A stretch of 64,000 bases of DNA, from the NCBI GenBank assembly GCA_014894455.1, contig JADBLN010000012.1, positions 24,134-88,133 of the forward strand. Reading direction: 5' to 3'. Position numbers and translations under genes: made by a program. The stretch is from Acidobacteriota bacterium. GTDB taxonomy: Bacteria > Acidobacteriota > Aminicenantia > Aminicenantales > Saccharicenantaceae. The notes beneath the pieces were generated by a model. That model saw nothing but the letters and a program-made list of their open reading frames with translations. It made no database searches and was not told the origin of the DNA. Below are positions 46,297 through 55,191 of the stretch, piece after piece (positions within the stretch are counted from its first letter, which is position 1; each line of letters opens with the position of its first letter).

Positions 46297-46643
46297 GTCT
46301 CGGACTCGTCCTCGACCGAGAACCCTTCCTCGATATCCTCTTCCTCTTCCTCGTCTTCGTCCTCGTCGTAGTCCTTGTCCCCGTTGTCTTTGTGGGAAGC
46401 TTCCCCGTCGTCCTCTTTCCGTTCTTCCAGGGCCTTGTCGAACTCGTCACGGTCCTCGTAACGCCGGATGGTGTTCACGGCCGAGTCGCTGTAACAGAGC
46501 TCGAGAAAGTCCTCTTCGATGATACAAAAAACGGACATGCTGTGGCCCGTTTGGAGGTTGCCGACGGTTTCGACGCTCTCGACGCTCTTCGACTTCTTGA
46601 TCGCGTCGAGCGTCAGCCAGCTTGTCACTTCCATTTCTTCCAT
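46290..46643 (-). CDS. Hypothetical small protein with an extremely acidic C-terminal tail
   Basis: 117 aa, ending ...EERKEDDGEASHKDNGDKDYDEDEDEEEEEDIEEGFSVEDESETY. An AGGAG RBS lies 6 nt upstream of the ATG, and the gene has its own consensus promoter. I recognise no family. Confidence 0.5.
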   Translation of the reverse strand: MEEMEVTSWLTLDAIKKSKSVESVETVGNLQTGHSMSVFCIIEEDFLELCYSDSAVNTIRRYEDRDEFDKALEERKEDDGEASHKDNGDKDYDEDEDEEEEEDIEEGFSVEDESETY

Positions 46644-46662
46644 GACGCGCTCCTACCGACAA

Positions 46663-46691
46663 TAAATATTCATTTATTTTTGAATTGTCAA
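46663..46691 (-). promoter_or_regulatory. Putative promoter TTGACA-N17-TATTTA for the acidic small protein gene
   Basis: Minus strand: TTGACA (46691..46686), 17-nt AT-rich spacer, TATTTA (46668..46663). Confidence 0.5.
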
Positions 46692-46731
46692 GGGGGGAAG
46701 TCGAGTCCCGGCGGCATCGCCCCGCTGCGCC

Positions 46732-46760
46732 TTGACAGCCCCGGGTTCGGGGTCTTTAAT
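46732..46760 (+). promoter_or_regulatory. Putative promoter TTGACA-N17-TTTAAT for clpB
   Basis: ttgaca at 46732-46737, 17-nt spacer, tttaat at 46755-46760. A GGGAGG RBS lies 8 nt before the ATG at 46793. Confidence 0.5.
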
Positions 46761-46792
46761 AGTAAGGATATTCCTTCAGGGAGGTGCGTCCG

Positions 46793-49375
46793 ATGCGCTG
46801 GGATCAGTTCACCGTCATGTCCCAGGAAGCCGTCCAAAAGGCCCAGGGCCGGGCCGAGGAGATGGGCCATCAGGAGATTCGGCCCGAGCATCTGCTCTGG
46901 AGCTTTCTCGCCCAGGACGAGAATATCGTCAATTCCATTCTGGCCAAGATCGGCGCGCCGGCGGCGAAGATCCGGTCCGACATCGACGCGGCCCTCGACC
47001 GCCTGCCCAAGGTCAGCGGGGGAGGGGAGACCGCTCTCTCGCCGGCCCTGCGTCAGGTCCTGGACGCGGCCCGGAAGGAGGCCGACAAGCTCAAGGACGA
47101 GTACGTCTCGACCGAACATCTCTTCCTGGCCATGCTCAAGGAGGGGACAAGCGAGGCCGCCCGGATTCTCCGCGCGAACGGCGTCACCGAAGAGGTCGTC
47201 CTCAAAGCCCTGGCCTCGATCCGCGGCTCTCAGCGGGTGACGGACCCCGAACCCGAGGGCAAGTACCGGGTCCTCGAGAAATACGCCCGCGATCTCACGG
47301 CCATGGCCCGCCAGGGCAAGCTCGACCCGGTCATCGGCCGGGAGGACGAGATCCGCCGGGTCATCCAGGTCCTGTCGCGCCGGACGAAGAACAATCCCGT
47401 CCTCATCGGCGAGGCCGGCGTCGGCAAGACGGCCGTCGTCGAAGGGCTGGCCCAGCGCATCGCCAACGGCGACGTTCCCCAGTCGCTGAAGAACAAGCGC
47501 CTCATGGCCCTCGACATCGGGGCCCTCGTCGCCGGGGCGAAGTTCCGGGGCGAGTTCGAGGACCGTCTCAAGGCCGTCCTCAAGGAGGTCGGCGAGGCCG
47601 GGGGTGACGTCGTCCTCTTCATCGACGAGCTCCACACGATCATCGGCGCCGGCGCGGCCGAGGGCGCGGTCGACGCTTCGAACATGCTCAAGCCGGCCCT
47701 GGCCCGGGGCGAGCTCCGCTGCGTCGGGGCGACGACCCTCAACGAGTATAAGAAGCACATCGAAAAGGACGCCGCGCTGGAGCGCCGCTTCCAGCAGGTC
47801 TACGTCGACGAGCCGACGGTCGAGGAGACGATCTCCATCCTCCGGGGTCTCAAGGAGAAATACGAGGTCCACCACGGCGTCAGGATCAAGGACTCGGCCC
47901 TCGTCGCCGCGGCAACGCTGTCGTCGCGCTACATCACCAGCCGCTTCCTCCCGGACAAGGCCATCGACCTCGTCGACGAGGCCGCCTCGCGCATCCGCAT
48001 CCAGATCGACAGCCTGCCCGAGGAGCTCGACGAGCTCGACCGCCGCATCCTCCAGCTCGAGATCGAGCGCCAGGCCTTGAAGAAAGAGAAGGACCCGGCT
48101 TCGCGCGACAGGCTGGAGAAGATCGAGGAGGAGCTGGCCAACCTCAAGGAGCGGGCCGGCGCCCTGCGCGGCCGCTGGCAGAAGGAAAAAGAGACAATCG
48201 AGGCCGGCGGACGTCTCCAGGAAAAACGCGACGCCCTCAAGGTCGAGGAGCAGAGCGCCGAGCGGCGCGGCGACCTGGAGAAGGCGGCCGAGATCCGCTA
48301 CGGCAAGCTCATCGAGCTTCAGAAGGAGATGGACAAGGCCGCGACCGCCCTGGCCGCCATCCAGGCCAAGGGCCGGATGCTCAAAGAGGAGGTCGACGAG
48401 GAGGACGTGGCCCAGGTCGTCTCCAAGTGGACCGGGATCCCCGTCGTCAAGATGCTCGAGGGCGAAGTGGACCGGCTCATCCGCATGGAGGAGATCCTGG
48501 GGAAGCGGGTCATCGGCCAGGAGACGGCCATCCGGGCCGTCGCCGCTACCGTCAGGCGCTCCCGGGCCGGCATTCAGGAAGCCGGCCGGCCCATCGGCTC
48601 GTTCATCTTCCTCGGCCCGACGGGTGTCGGCAAGACCGAGCTGGCCCGGGCCCTGGCCGAGTTCCTGTTCGACGACGAGAAGGCCATGGTCCGCCTGGAC
48701 ATGTCCGAATACATGGAGAAGCACACGGTCAGCCGCCTCGTCGGCGCGCCGCCGGGCTACGTCGGATACGAGGAAGGCGGCCAGCTGACCGAGGCCGTCA
48801 AGCGCCGGCCCTACGCGCTCGTCCTCCTCGACGAGATCGAGAAGGCCCACCCCGACGTCTTCAACGTCCTGCTCCAGATCCTCGAGGACGGCCGGCTGAC
48901 GGACGGCAAGGGCCGGACGGTCGACTTCAAGAACACGCTGATCATCATGACCTCGAACCTCGGCGGCCCGGTCATCAAGGAGCTCAGCCGCGATTACGAA
49001 GCCATGGAGAAAGAGGTCCTGAAAATTCTCGAAGCGCAGTTCAAGCCCGAGTTCCTCAACCGCATCGACGAGGTCATCATCTTCAGGCCGCTGGGGAAGG
49101 ACGCCATCCTCGAGATCGTCGGGCTCCAGCTGGAGCTTCTGGGCAAAAGGCTGGCCGACCGCAAGATCGGCCTGGAAGTCTCAAAGGCGGCCAAGGAGCT
49201 CCTGGCGGAGAGGGGCTTCGACCCCGTCTATGGCGCACGCCCCCTCAAACGGACGATCCAGAGAGAGGTCCAGAACCCCCTGGCCATGAAGATCCTGGCC
49301 GGGGAGTTCGGGGAGGGCGACACGGTCGCGATCGGTGTCGACAAGAAGGGGGAGCTCGTCTTCAAGAAAAACTAG
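46793..49375 (+). CDS. clpB: Chaperone disaggregase ClpB
   Basis: [13 protein letters not shown]..., two AAA+ modules ([15 protein letters not shown] and [17 protein letters not shown]), and a middle coiled-coil domain. Confidence 0.95.
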   Translation: MRWDQFTVMSQEAVQKAQGRAEEMGHQEIRPEHLLWSFLAQDENIVNSILAKIGAPAAKIRSDIDAALDRLPKVSGGGETALSPALRQVLDAARKEADKLKDEYVSTEHLFLAMLKEGTSEAARILRANGVTEEVVLKALASIRGSQRVTDPEPEGKYRVLEKYARDLTAMARQGKLDPVIGREDEIRRVIQVLSRRTKNNPVLIGEAGVGKTAVVEGLAQRIANGDVPQSLKNKRLMALDIGALVAGAKFRGEFEDRLKAVLKEVGEAGGDVVLFIDELHTIIGAGAAEGAVDASNMLKPALARGELRCVGATTLNEYKKHIEKDAALERRFQQVYVDEPTVEETISILRGLKEKYEVHHGVRIKDSALVAAATLSSRYITSRFLPDKAIDLVDEAASRIRIQIDSLPEELDELDRRILQLEIERQALKKEKDPASRDRLEKIEEELANLKERAGALRGRWQKEKETIEAGGRLQEKRDALKVEEQSAERRGDLEKAAEIRYGKLIELQKEMDKAATALAAIQAKGRMLKEEVDEEDVAQVVSKWTGIPVVKMLEGEVDRLIRMEEILGKRVIGQETAIRAVAATVRRSRAGIQEAGRPIGSFIFLGPTGVGKTELARALAEFLFDDEKAMVRLDMSEYMEKHTVSRLVGAPPGYVGYEEGGQLTEAVKRRPYALVLLDEIEKAHPDVFNVLLQILEDGRLTDGKGRTVDFKNTLIIMTSNLGGPVIKELSRDYEAMEKEVLKILEAQFKPEFLNRIDEVIIFRPLGKDAILEIVGLQLELLGKRLADRKIGLEVSKAAKELLAERGFDPVYGARPLKRTIQREVQNPLAMKILAGEFGEGDTVAIGVDKKGELVFKKN

Positions 49376-49446
49376 CCGGCCGAGCGGCCGGCCCGCATGT
49401 CCTCATATATAATAGATGGACCTCGATGAAAGCGGAGAGAAAAAGC

Positions 49447-50733
49447 ATGTCCAAGAAATTCTTGCTCGCGGTCCTTGCCGTCGTCATCGTCCTTCCGGCC
49501 TTGGCCCCGGCGAACGGGCTGAACCTCAACGGCCTGGGCTCCCGGGCGCAGGCCATGGGCGGCGCGTTCGTCGGCATCTCCAACGATTTCAGCGCCGTCT
49601 TCTGGAACCCGGCCGGAGCGGCGGGCTTCCGCAAGGAGATGTTCGGCTTCTACGCGGCCGATCTCATTCCGACGGCGACGTATCGCCTGGCATCGCTCAT
49701 CCCCGAAGTCCCCTACGTCGACGCCAAGACGAAGACCTCTCATTACCTGGGCGGGCTGGCTGCATATTACAATCCCATCAGCGCCAAGGTCGTCGTCGGC
49801 CTGGGCGTCGGCACGCCGTCCGGCCTCGGAGCGATGTGGGACGGCGCGGATTTCACCGGGCTGACGAACGGAACGGCTTATGACTGGTCGAGCAAGGTCG
49901 GCGTTTTTGCCATCTCGCCCCTCGTCGCCGTCAAACTCAGCGAGGCGATCTCAGTCGGGGCCACGGTCAATCTCAATTACGGGATGTTCAGCCTCAAGAT
50001 GCCGGCCGGGAGCGCCGTCCTGGCCGACCCCCCGGGCACGGCCGTGGACCTCGGGCAATACGAGGAAACCATGAACGGGTGGGGGATCGGGGCGACCTTC
50101 GGCGTGCTCGTTACGCCCTCCAAGAAGCTCGGCTTCGGCCTGACCGTCCGGACGCCCTCGACCGTCTCGTTCAAGGGAACGGCCGACATGTCCCGCCTGC
50201 CTGTCTACGGACTCCCCGGGAGCTCCGATCTCAAACGCAAGATCACCTGGCCGCTGTGGATCGCCGGAGGCGTGTCGTTCCGGCCGGTTCCGCGCCTGCT
50301 CCTGAGCGCGGACGTCCATTGGACCCAATGGTCCAAGCTCGACCGGATCACGACCGACTACCTGGACACTGTCTGGGCGGCGCTCATGGAAACCGGCGGG
50401 AAGAACGTCCGGGTTCTCAACTGGAAAGACGCGGTCCAGCTCCGGTTCGGGGCCGAATACACCCTGAATTCATCGACGGTCCTGCGGGCCGGCTACTATA
50501 ACGACCCGGCCCCGGCGCCCGACACGACCCTCAACGTTCTCCTCCCCAGCCACACTTTCAACGCTTTTTCCATTGGGGTCGGCAAGACCATCACCGACCT
50601 CCAGCTCGATTTCGGCCTCGAATACCTCGCGGGGAATAAGCGGACGCCGGAATACGCTTTCTTTGACGGCATGCCCGGAACCTACGGGATGAGGATCGTC
50701 GTCCCGACGATCTCTGTTAGCTATAAGTTCTGA
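49447..50733 (+). CDS. FadL/TodX-family outer-membrane transporter for hydrophobic compounds
   Basis: Signal peptide; GSRAQAMGGAFVGISNDFSAVFWNPAG (N-terminal hatch motif); C-terminal ...TISVSYKF. GGAGAG RBS. Confidence 0.8.
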   Translation: MSKKFLLAVLAVVIVLPALAPANGLNLNGLGSRAQAMGGAFVGISNDFSAVFWNPAGAAGFRKEMFGFYAADLIPTATYRLASLIPEVPYVDAKTKTSHYLGGLAAYYNPISAKVVVGLGVGTPSGLGAMWDGADFTGLTNGTAYDWSSKVGVFAISPLVAVKLSEAISVGATVNLNYGMFSLKMPAGSAVLADPPGTAVDLGQYEETMNGWGIGATFGVLVTPSKKLGFGLTVRTPSTVSFKGTADMSRLPVYGLPGSSDLKRKITWPLWIAGGVSFRPVPRLLLSADVHWTQWSKLDRITTDYLDTVWAALMETGGKNVRVLNWKDAVQLRFGAEYTLNSSTVLRAGYYNDPAPAPDTTLNVLLPSHTFNAFSIGVGKTITDLQLDFGLEYLAGNKRTPEYAFFDGMPGTYGMRIVVPTISVSYKF

Positions 50734-50811
50734 TCGAGCGGCCGCTGAAAGGCGCGCTTCTCTTCTTGGGAGGAGGGGAACGTCCTTTTCTTTATTGGGG
50801 GAATAAAAAAA

Positions 50812-50884
50812 TGGCTAGGGGCGGAATCGAACCGTCGACGCAAGGATTTTCAGTCCTTCGCTCTACCGACTGAGCTACCTAGCC
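50812..50884 (-). tRNA. tRNA-Phe (anticodon GAA); CCA not encoded
   Basis: The minus strand reads GGCTAGGTAGCTCAGTCGGTAGAGCGAAGGACTGAAAATCCTTGCGTCGACGGTTCGATTCCGCCCCTAGCCA. It has a 7-bp acceptor stem, a GCTC/GAGC D-stem, an AAGGA/TCCTT anticodon stem with loop CTGAAAA, and a TTCGATT T-loop. There is one A-C mismatch in the T-stem. Confidence 0.92.
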
Positions 50885-50916
50885 ATTGACGTCCGGCCGG
50901 GCCGAACAGCCCAACC

Positions 50917-50945
50917 AGTATATAAATCCGATCCGTCGAAGTCAA
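50917..50945 (-). promoter_or_regulatory. Putative promoter TTGACT-N17-TATACT for tRNA-Phe
   Basis: Minus strand: TTGACT (50945..50940), 17-nt spacer, TATACT (50922..50917). It lies about 30 nt upstream of the mature tRNA 5' end. Confidence 0.55.
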
Positions 50946-50967
50946 CATCCCCCCGCCCATGAAGAAC

Positions 50968-51302
50968 GGGGATACGTACAGGAGGTCCATATCCCTCCAA
51001 TGGCCAGAGCCGAGGGCGTCGTCTGAGTGAGCGGCGGGGAGCGGAGTCCTCGGAGCGACCGACTGAATCGTGGCGGAGTACCCGAAGCCACGATTCTGGG
51101 AAATATCTAAAACAGGTGTTTTCAAGAACGGGGACACGTACCGAAGGGGACATGTCCCCCGACTTCGCGGACTCCTCCCATCGGATCCGGACCGGGAAGG
51201 CGTGAAAAATAAACCCATTCGACTCCCCGGCCTTAAGCCCGGGGGTATGCGCAGGGTTAATACTGAGCGTCACCAACCCAGTTTCAAAAAAGGGGGTTGG
51301 TG
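50968..51302 (+). ncRNA. Candidate structured non-coding RNA or regulatory region (family not recognised)
   Basis: Lower-GC non-coding stretch. It has two homologous box-plus-hairpin modules (50961-50996 and 51123-51159), a 10-bp hairpin at 51065-51096 and a 9-bp hairpin at 51271-51302. The strand is inferred from a G-U pair that is only valid on the plus strand. Confidence 0.3.
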
Positions 51303-51350
51303 GCAGCGAACGTATCAGCGCAGCGAACGAAGACGACCCCCGAGGCGAAA

Positions 51351-51379
51351 TTGAAAAGGGGCGGTCGATATGTTATTCT
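51351..51379 (+). promoter_or_regulatory. Putative promoter TTGAAA-N17-TATTCT for the DUF465 gene (possibly also yicC-gmk-coaBC-udg-priA)
   Basis: ttgaaa at 51351-51356, 17-nt spacer, tattct at 51374-51379. It is preceded by a direct repeat of GCAGCGAACG at 51303-51312 and 51320-51329. Confidence 0.45.
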
Positions 51380-51401
51380 GGCCGCTGGAGGAACCGGCCG
51401 G

Positions 51402-51623
51402 ATGGACGAAAAGGAACTCAAGGAGCTTCTCCTCAGGGAAAACGCCGAATTCCGCAGGGCCCACGACGACCACGGGGATTGCGAACGGGCCCTCGAGACG
51501 ATCCGCGCCAAGACCCATCTCTCGGTGGCCGAGGCCGACGAGGAGCGGGAGCTCAAAAAAAAGAAGCTCGCCCTCAAGGACCGGATGTACCGTCTCATGT
51601 CGGACTACCTCAGGATGCGTTAA
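51402..51623 (+). CDS. DUF465 (YdcH-like) small coiled-coil protein
   Basis: 73 aa, MDEKELKELLLRENAEFRRAHDDH...ELKKKKLALKDRMYRLM, matching the YdcH pattern. A GGAGGA RBS lies upstream of the ATG at 51402. Confidence 0.7.
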   Translation: MDEKELKELLLRENAEFRRAHDDHGDCERALETIRAKTHLSVAEADEERELKKKKLALKDRMYRLMSDYLRMR

Positions 51624-51686
51624 GGACCTCGGGGGAGCCTTGATCGAGAACGCAAAACGCGTCGCGAATAACGAGGAGCTCATCTC

Positions 51687-52565
51687 ATGATACTAGGCAT
51701 GACCGGCTTCGCCGAAAGGAATTTCGCCTCTCCCACCCTTCGGCTGAAGATCAGCATCAAGACCCTTAACCACCGCTTCTTCGACTGGTCGTACAAGGGT
51801 GTCCCTCTCGGCGAGGCCGAAAGCCGCCTCCGGGCCCTCTGCCAGAAACGGATCCGCCGGGGACGGGTAGAGGTCTTCCTGGAGCTCGTTTCGTTCAGCC
51901 CCGAAAGCTGGAATTTCACGTTGAACGAAGGGCTCCTCGAGAAGATCCTGGCCGCCCTCGACCGCGTCTCCCGCCGGACGGGCCGCCGCCTCGAGATCTC
52001 CCTCGACGGCCTCTTCCGCGTACCCCAGCTCGTCGAGGTCGGCCGGAAGGCCTTCGGCCCCAAGGAAGCCGCCTTCCTCGGGCGGAGTTTTTCCAGGACC
52101 CTGGACGACGTTCTGGCGCTGCGACGCCGGGAGGGGAAGGAGACCGCCCGCCAGCTCCGGATCCACGTCGGCGCCGTGCGGCGCTTCGTCGCCCGGATCG
52201 AAGGGCGGTTCAAGCGCCAGCCGGCCCTCCTCCAGGAGAAGCTCAAAAAGCGGCTGAGAGACCTCAACGGCGGCTCGCACGTCTCGGAAGGGAAGCTGGC
52301 CGAGGAAGCGTCTTTCCTGGCCCAGCGCTACGACCTGGCCGAAGAGATCGGCCGGCTCAAGACCCACCTCGCCTCCTTCGAGGCGCTCATCTCGCCCAAG
52401 GTCGGCGACCCCGTCGGCAGACAGCTCGATTTTCTGGCCCAGGAGCTCAACCGCGAGGCCAACACCCTGGCCTCGAAATCCCAGGACATTCACATCACCC
52501 GGGAGAGCCTGGCCATCAAGAACGAGCTCGAGAGCATCCGTCAGCACGTCCAGAATATCGAATAG
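51687..52565 (+). CDS. yicC: YicC-family stress-induced protein (endoribonuclease YicC-like)
   Basis: MILGMTGFAE N-terminus and a C-terminal LDFLAQELNREANTLASKSQD...ELESIRQHVQNIE. Confidence 0.85.
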   Translation: MILGMTGFAERNFASPTLRLKISIKTLNHRFFDWSYKGVPLGEAESRLRALCQKRIRRGRVEVFLELVSFSPESWNFTLNEGLLEKILAALDRVSRRTGRRLEISLDGLFRVPQLVEVGRKAFGPKEAAFLGRSFSRTLDDVLALRRREGKETARQLRIHVGAVRRFVARIEGRFKRQPALLQEKLKKRLRDLNGGSHVSEGKLAEEASFLAQRYDLAEEIGRLKTHLASFEALISPKVGDPVGRQLDFLAQELNREANTLASKSQDIHITRESLAIKNELESIRQHVQNIE

Positions 52566-52578
52566 GGGAGCGAACGAC

Positions 52579-53187
52579 ATGCTCTTCGTCATCAGCGGGC
52601 CATCGGGTTGCGGCAAGTCGACCCTCATCAGGAAAGTGCGGCGGAGCCTGGGCGACCTCGAATTCTCGGTCTCCCACACGACGCGGCCGCCCCGGCCTTC
52701 GGAAAGGGTCGGCGTCGATTACCATTTTGTCCCGGCCAAGACCTTCGAGCGAATGGTCCGGGAGAAGCGTTTCGTCGAATGGGCCCGCGTCCACGGCCAT
52801 CTCTACGGCACGTCCCGGGCCGAGGTCGAGCGAAAAGGCCGCCGCCGCGACGTCGTCCTCGACATCGACGTCCAGGGCGCCCGCCAGGTCCGAACGCGGA
52901 TCCCCGGGGCCGTCCACATCTTTATCATGCCCCCGGTCGCAGGCGAGCTCCGGCGGCGGCTCGCGAGGCGGCACGAGGACAGCCCGGAGGCTGTGGAACG
53001 GCGCCTGCGGAATGCCCGGGCCGAAATCCGGGCTTACGACGAATTCGATTACGTCGTCGTCAACGACGACCTCGTCAAGGCCGCGGCCGACCTCAAGTCC
53101 GTCATCGTCGCTTCCCGCCACAAGGCCGGCGTCATGGCCGAGAGGCTCAAACCCGTCCTGCGGAGCTTTCAGAAAGGCCGTCCATGA
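52579..53187 (+). CDS. gmk: Guanylate kinase
   Basis: MLFVISGPSGCGKSTLI, SVSHTTRPPRPSE..GVDYHF and LRRRLARR. Confidence 0.92.
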   Translation: MLFVISGPSGCGKSTLIRKVRRSLGDLEFSVSHTTRPPRPSERVGVDYHFVPAKTFERMVREKRFVEWARVHGHLYGTSRAEVERKGRRRDVVLDIDVQGARQVRTRIPGAVHIFIMPPVAGELRRRLARRHEDSPEAVERRLRNARAEIRAYDEFDYVVVNDDLVKAAADLKSVIVASRHKAGVMAERLKPVLRSFQKGRP

Positions 53188-54380
53188 AAAAAGTCGCCCT
53201 GGGGGTTTCTTCGTCCATCGGGATCTACAAGGCCTGCGAGGTCGTTCGGGGATTCCAAAAAAACGGTGTTGAGGTCCAGGTCGTCATGACGCGGAACGCC
53301 GCCCGGCTCATCTCGCCGCTCCTCTTCAGCGGCCTGTCGGGGACGACGACCATCGTCGGCCTCTTCGAGGAGCCCATGGCCCGGACCGTCGGCCATATTT
53401 CGCTGGCCAAGGAGATCGCCCTCCTCTGCGTCGCCCCGGCCACAGCCAACGTCATCGGCAAGTTCTCGGGCGGCGTCGCCGACGATTTTCTTTCGACGCT
53501 CTTCCTAGCGTCGCGCGCGCCGGTCCTCATCGCCCCGGCCATGAACGAGGCCATGTATCTCCACCCCCAGACCCAGGCCAACATCGCCCGCCTCCGGGCC
53601 CTGGGGGTCGAATTCGTCGAGCCGGAAAAGGGCTACTTGGCCTGCGGCGACGAGGGTTGGGGACGCCTGGCCGAACCAGAATCTATAGTTAAGGAAGGGC
53701 TGCGGCTCATTGGCCGGACGGCGAGCCTCAAGGGGAAAACAGTGCTGGTCACGGCGGGCCCGACCCGGGAGCACCTCGACCCCGTCCGTTTCCTCTCCAA
53801 CCCGTCGTCGGGTAAGATGGGTTATGAGCTGGCCCGGGAAGCGGTCGCCCGGGGGGCGGAGGTCATCCTCGTCTCCGGCCCGACCTCGCTCGTGCCTCCG
53901 GCCGGGGCGCGGACGGAATTCGTCCGGACCGCGGCCGAGATGCAGGAGGCCTGCCTGCGGGCCTTCCCCAAGGCGGACATCGTGGTCATGGCCGCCGCGG
54001 TCTCCGACTTCCGCTTCAAAGATGTCCGGACGCGCAAGGCCGGGAAGGCCGAGGTCGGTCCCGCCCTGGCCGTCGAGAAGACGCCGGACATCCTAGCCCT
54101 GCTCGGCGGGAAGAAGCGCCCGGGCCAGTTCCTCGTCGGTTTCGCCGCGGAGACGCACGACATCCTGGCCCACGCCCGGAAGAAGCTGGTGGCGAAGAAG
54201 GCTGACCTCATGGTCGCCAACGCCGTCGGCGAGGGCGAGGGTTTCGGGACCGACGACAACGCCGTCCGGATCATCGCCGCCTCCAGGCCCGTCCAGGTGA
54301 CGGGTCTCCTGAGCAAGCTGGAGACGAGCCGGGTCATCTTCGACCGCATCGAGGCCGCCCTTGAAAAAAAGCGCCGCTGA
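53184..54380 (+). CDS. coaBC: Bifunctional phosphopantothenoylcysteine decarboxylase / phosphopantothenate-cysteine ligase
   Basis: KKVALGVSSSIGIYKA, PAMNEAMY, VTAGPTREHLDPVRFLSNPSSGKMG and AAVSDFR. ATGA overlap with gmk. There is no rpoZ between gmk and coaBC. Confidence 0.92.
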   Translation: MKKVALGVSSSIGIYKACEVVRGFQKNGVEVQVVMTRNAARLISPLLFSGLSGTTTIVGLFEEPMARTVGHISLAKEIALLCVAPATANVIGKFSGGVADDFLSTLFLASRAPVLIAPAMNEAMYLHPQTQANIARLRALGVEFVEPEKGYLACGDEGWGRLAEPESIVKEGLRLIGRTASLKGKTVLVTAGPTREHLDPVRFLSNPSSGKMGYELAREAVARGAEVILVSGPTSLVPPAGARTEFVRTAAEMQEACLRAFPKADIVVMAAAVSDFRFKDVRTRKAGKAEVGPALAVEKTPDILALLGGKKRPGQFLVGFAAETHDILAHARKKLVAKKADLMVANAVGEGEGFGTDDNAVRIIAASRPVQVTGLLSKLETSRVIFDRIEAALEKKRR

Positions 54381-55191
54381 CATCTGGGAGGACCTCAAAG
54401 GCCAGGTCGATTTCCTGACCGAGGCCGGGGCCGGGTTCGTCCTCAAGCCGGCCAAGGGTAGAAGCGCCGGGGATCCGTCACGGAGCGTCCCGCCGGCCCC
54501 CCGACAGACAGCTTCCCGCCCCGCCGCCGCGGCTTCCAGTCGGGTCCAGGCCCGCGACATCAAGCCCCTGCCGCCCGCCGCTCCCCCTTTGCCGTCTCTC
54601 GCCGGCCTCCCCGCGCAGACGGCCGCCGAGAGGCGATCTCTCGAAGAGATCGACAAGCAAGTCCTCGTCTGCAGGCTCTGCCCCCTCCACAAGCTCCGGA
54701 CGCAAGCCGTGCCCGGCGAGGGTAGCCGGTCGGCCGAGCTGATGTTCATCGGCGAGGCCCCGGGCCGGGACGAAGATGCCCAGGGCCGGCCGTTCGTCGG
54801 CCGGGCCGGCCAGCTCCTCCGGAAGATCATCGCGGCCATGAAGTTCCGTGAGGACGAGGTCTACATCACCAACATCGTCAAGTGCCGCCCGCCCGACAAC
54901 CGCGTCCCCCACCGCGAGGAGGAGGAGGCCTGCTCGCCCTACCTCGTCCGCCAGATCGAGCTCGTCCGGCCGCGCGTCATCGTCACCTTGGGGAAGACGC
55001 CGACGGATTATTTTGTCCCCGGCCGCGAAGGCATGACGGCTCGGCGCGGGAATTTCGGAGACTACCGAGGCATCCCGGTCATGCCCACCTTCCACCCCTC
55101 CTATCTCGTCCGCAACGAAGGCAACCGGGAGCTCAAGCGTATGGTCTGGGAGGACATGCAGAAGGTCATGGCCCTTCTCGGCGGAAAATGA
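54361..55191 (+). CDS. Uracil-DNA glycosylase, family 4, with a Pro/Ala-rich N-terminal extension
   Basis: CRLCPLH, FIGEAPGRDEDAQGRPFVGRAG, ITNIVKCRPP and PTFHPSYLLR-like (PTFHPSYLVRN). A TTG start is proposed; the start is uncertain. Confidence 0.8.
   Translation: MKKSAADIWEDLKGQVDFLTEAGAGFVLKPAKGRSAGDPSRSVPPAPRQTASRPAAAASSRVQARDIKPLPPAAPPLPSLAGLPAQTAAERRSLEEIDKQVLVCRLCPLHKLRTQAVPGEGSRSAELMFIGEAPGRDEDAQGRPFVGRAGQLLRKIIAAMKFREDEVYITNIVKCRPPDNRVPHREEEEACSPYLVRQIELVRPRVIVTLGKTPTDYFVPGREGMTARRGNFGDYRGIPVMPTFHPSYLVRNEGNRELKRMVWEDMQKVMALLGGK

Noticed and set aside
50734-50945. Genomic island or integrase-mediated insertion at tRNA-Phe
   Set aside because: There is no integrase, no direct repeat of the tRNA 3' end, and only 78 nt between the tRNA 3' end and the fadL-like gene. 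The flanking genes are ordinary core-type genes.
50946-51350. Known housekeeping RNAs (RNase P RNA, tmRNA, SRP/4.5S RNA, 6S RNA) in the large intergenic region
   Set aside because: I could not find the RNase P P4 strands (GAGGAAAGUCC / ACAGAA-CCGGCUUA), a tmRNA tRNA-like 5'/3' end or tag ORF, or the SRP domain IV GGAA/AGCAGC motif on either strand. 6S RNA cannot be excluded by eye, but no long terminal closing helix was evident.
51070-51354. 94-aa plus-strand ORF and 122/133-aa minus-strand ORFs in the intergenic region near tRNA-Phe
   Set aside because: They have highly basic or Pro/Arg/Gly-rich composition, no RBS, and overlap the tRNA promoter. The YVSPF duplication in the minus-frame translation simply mirrors the duplicated nucleotide box.
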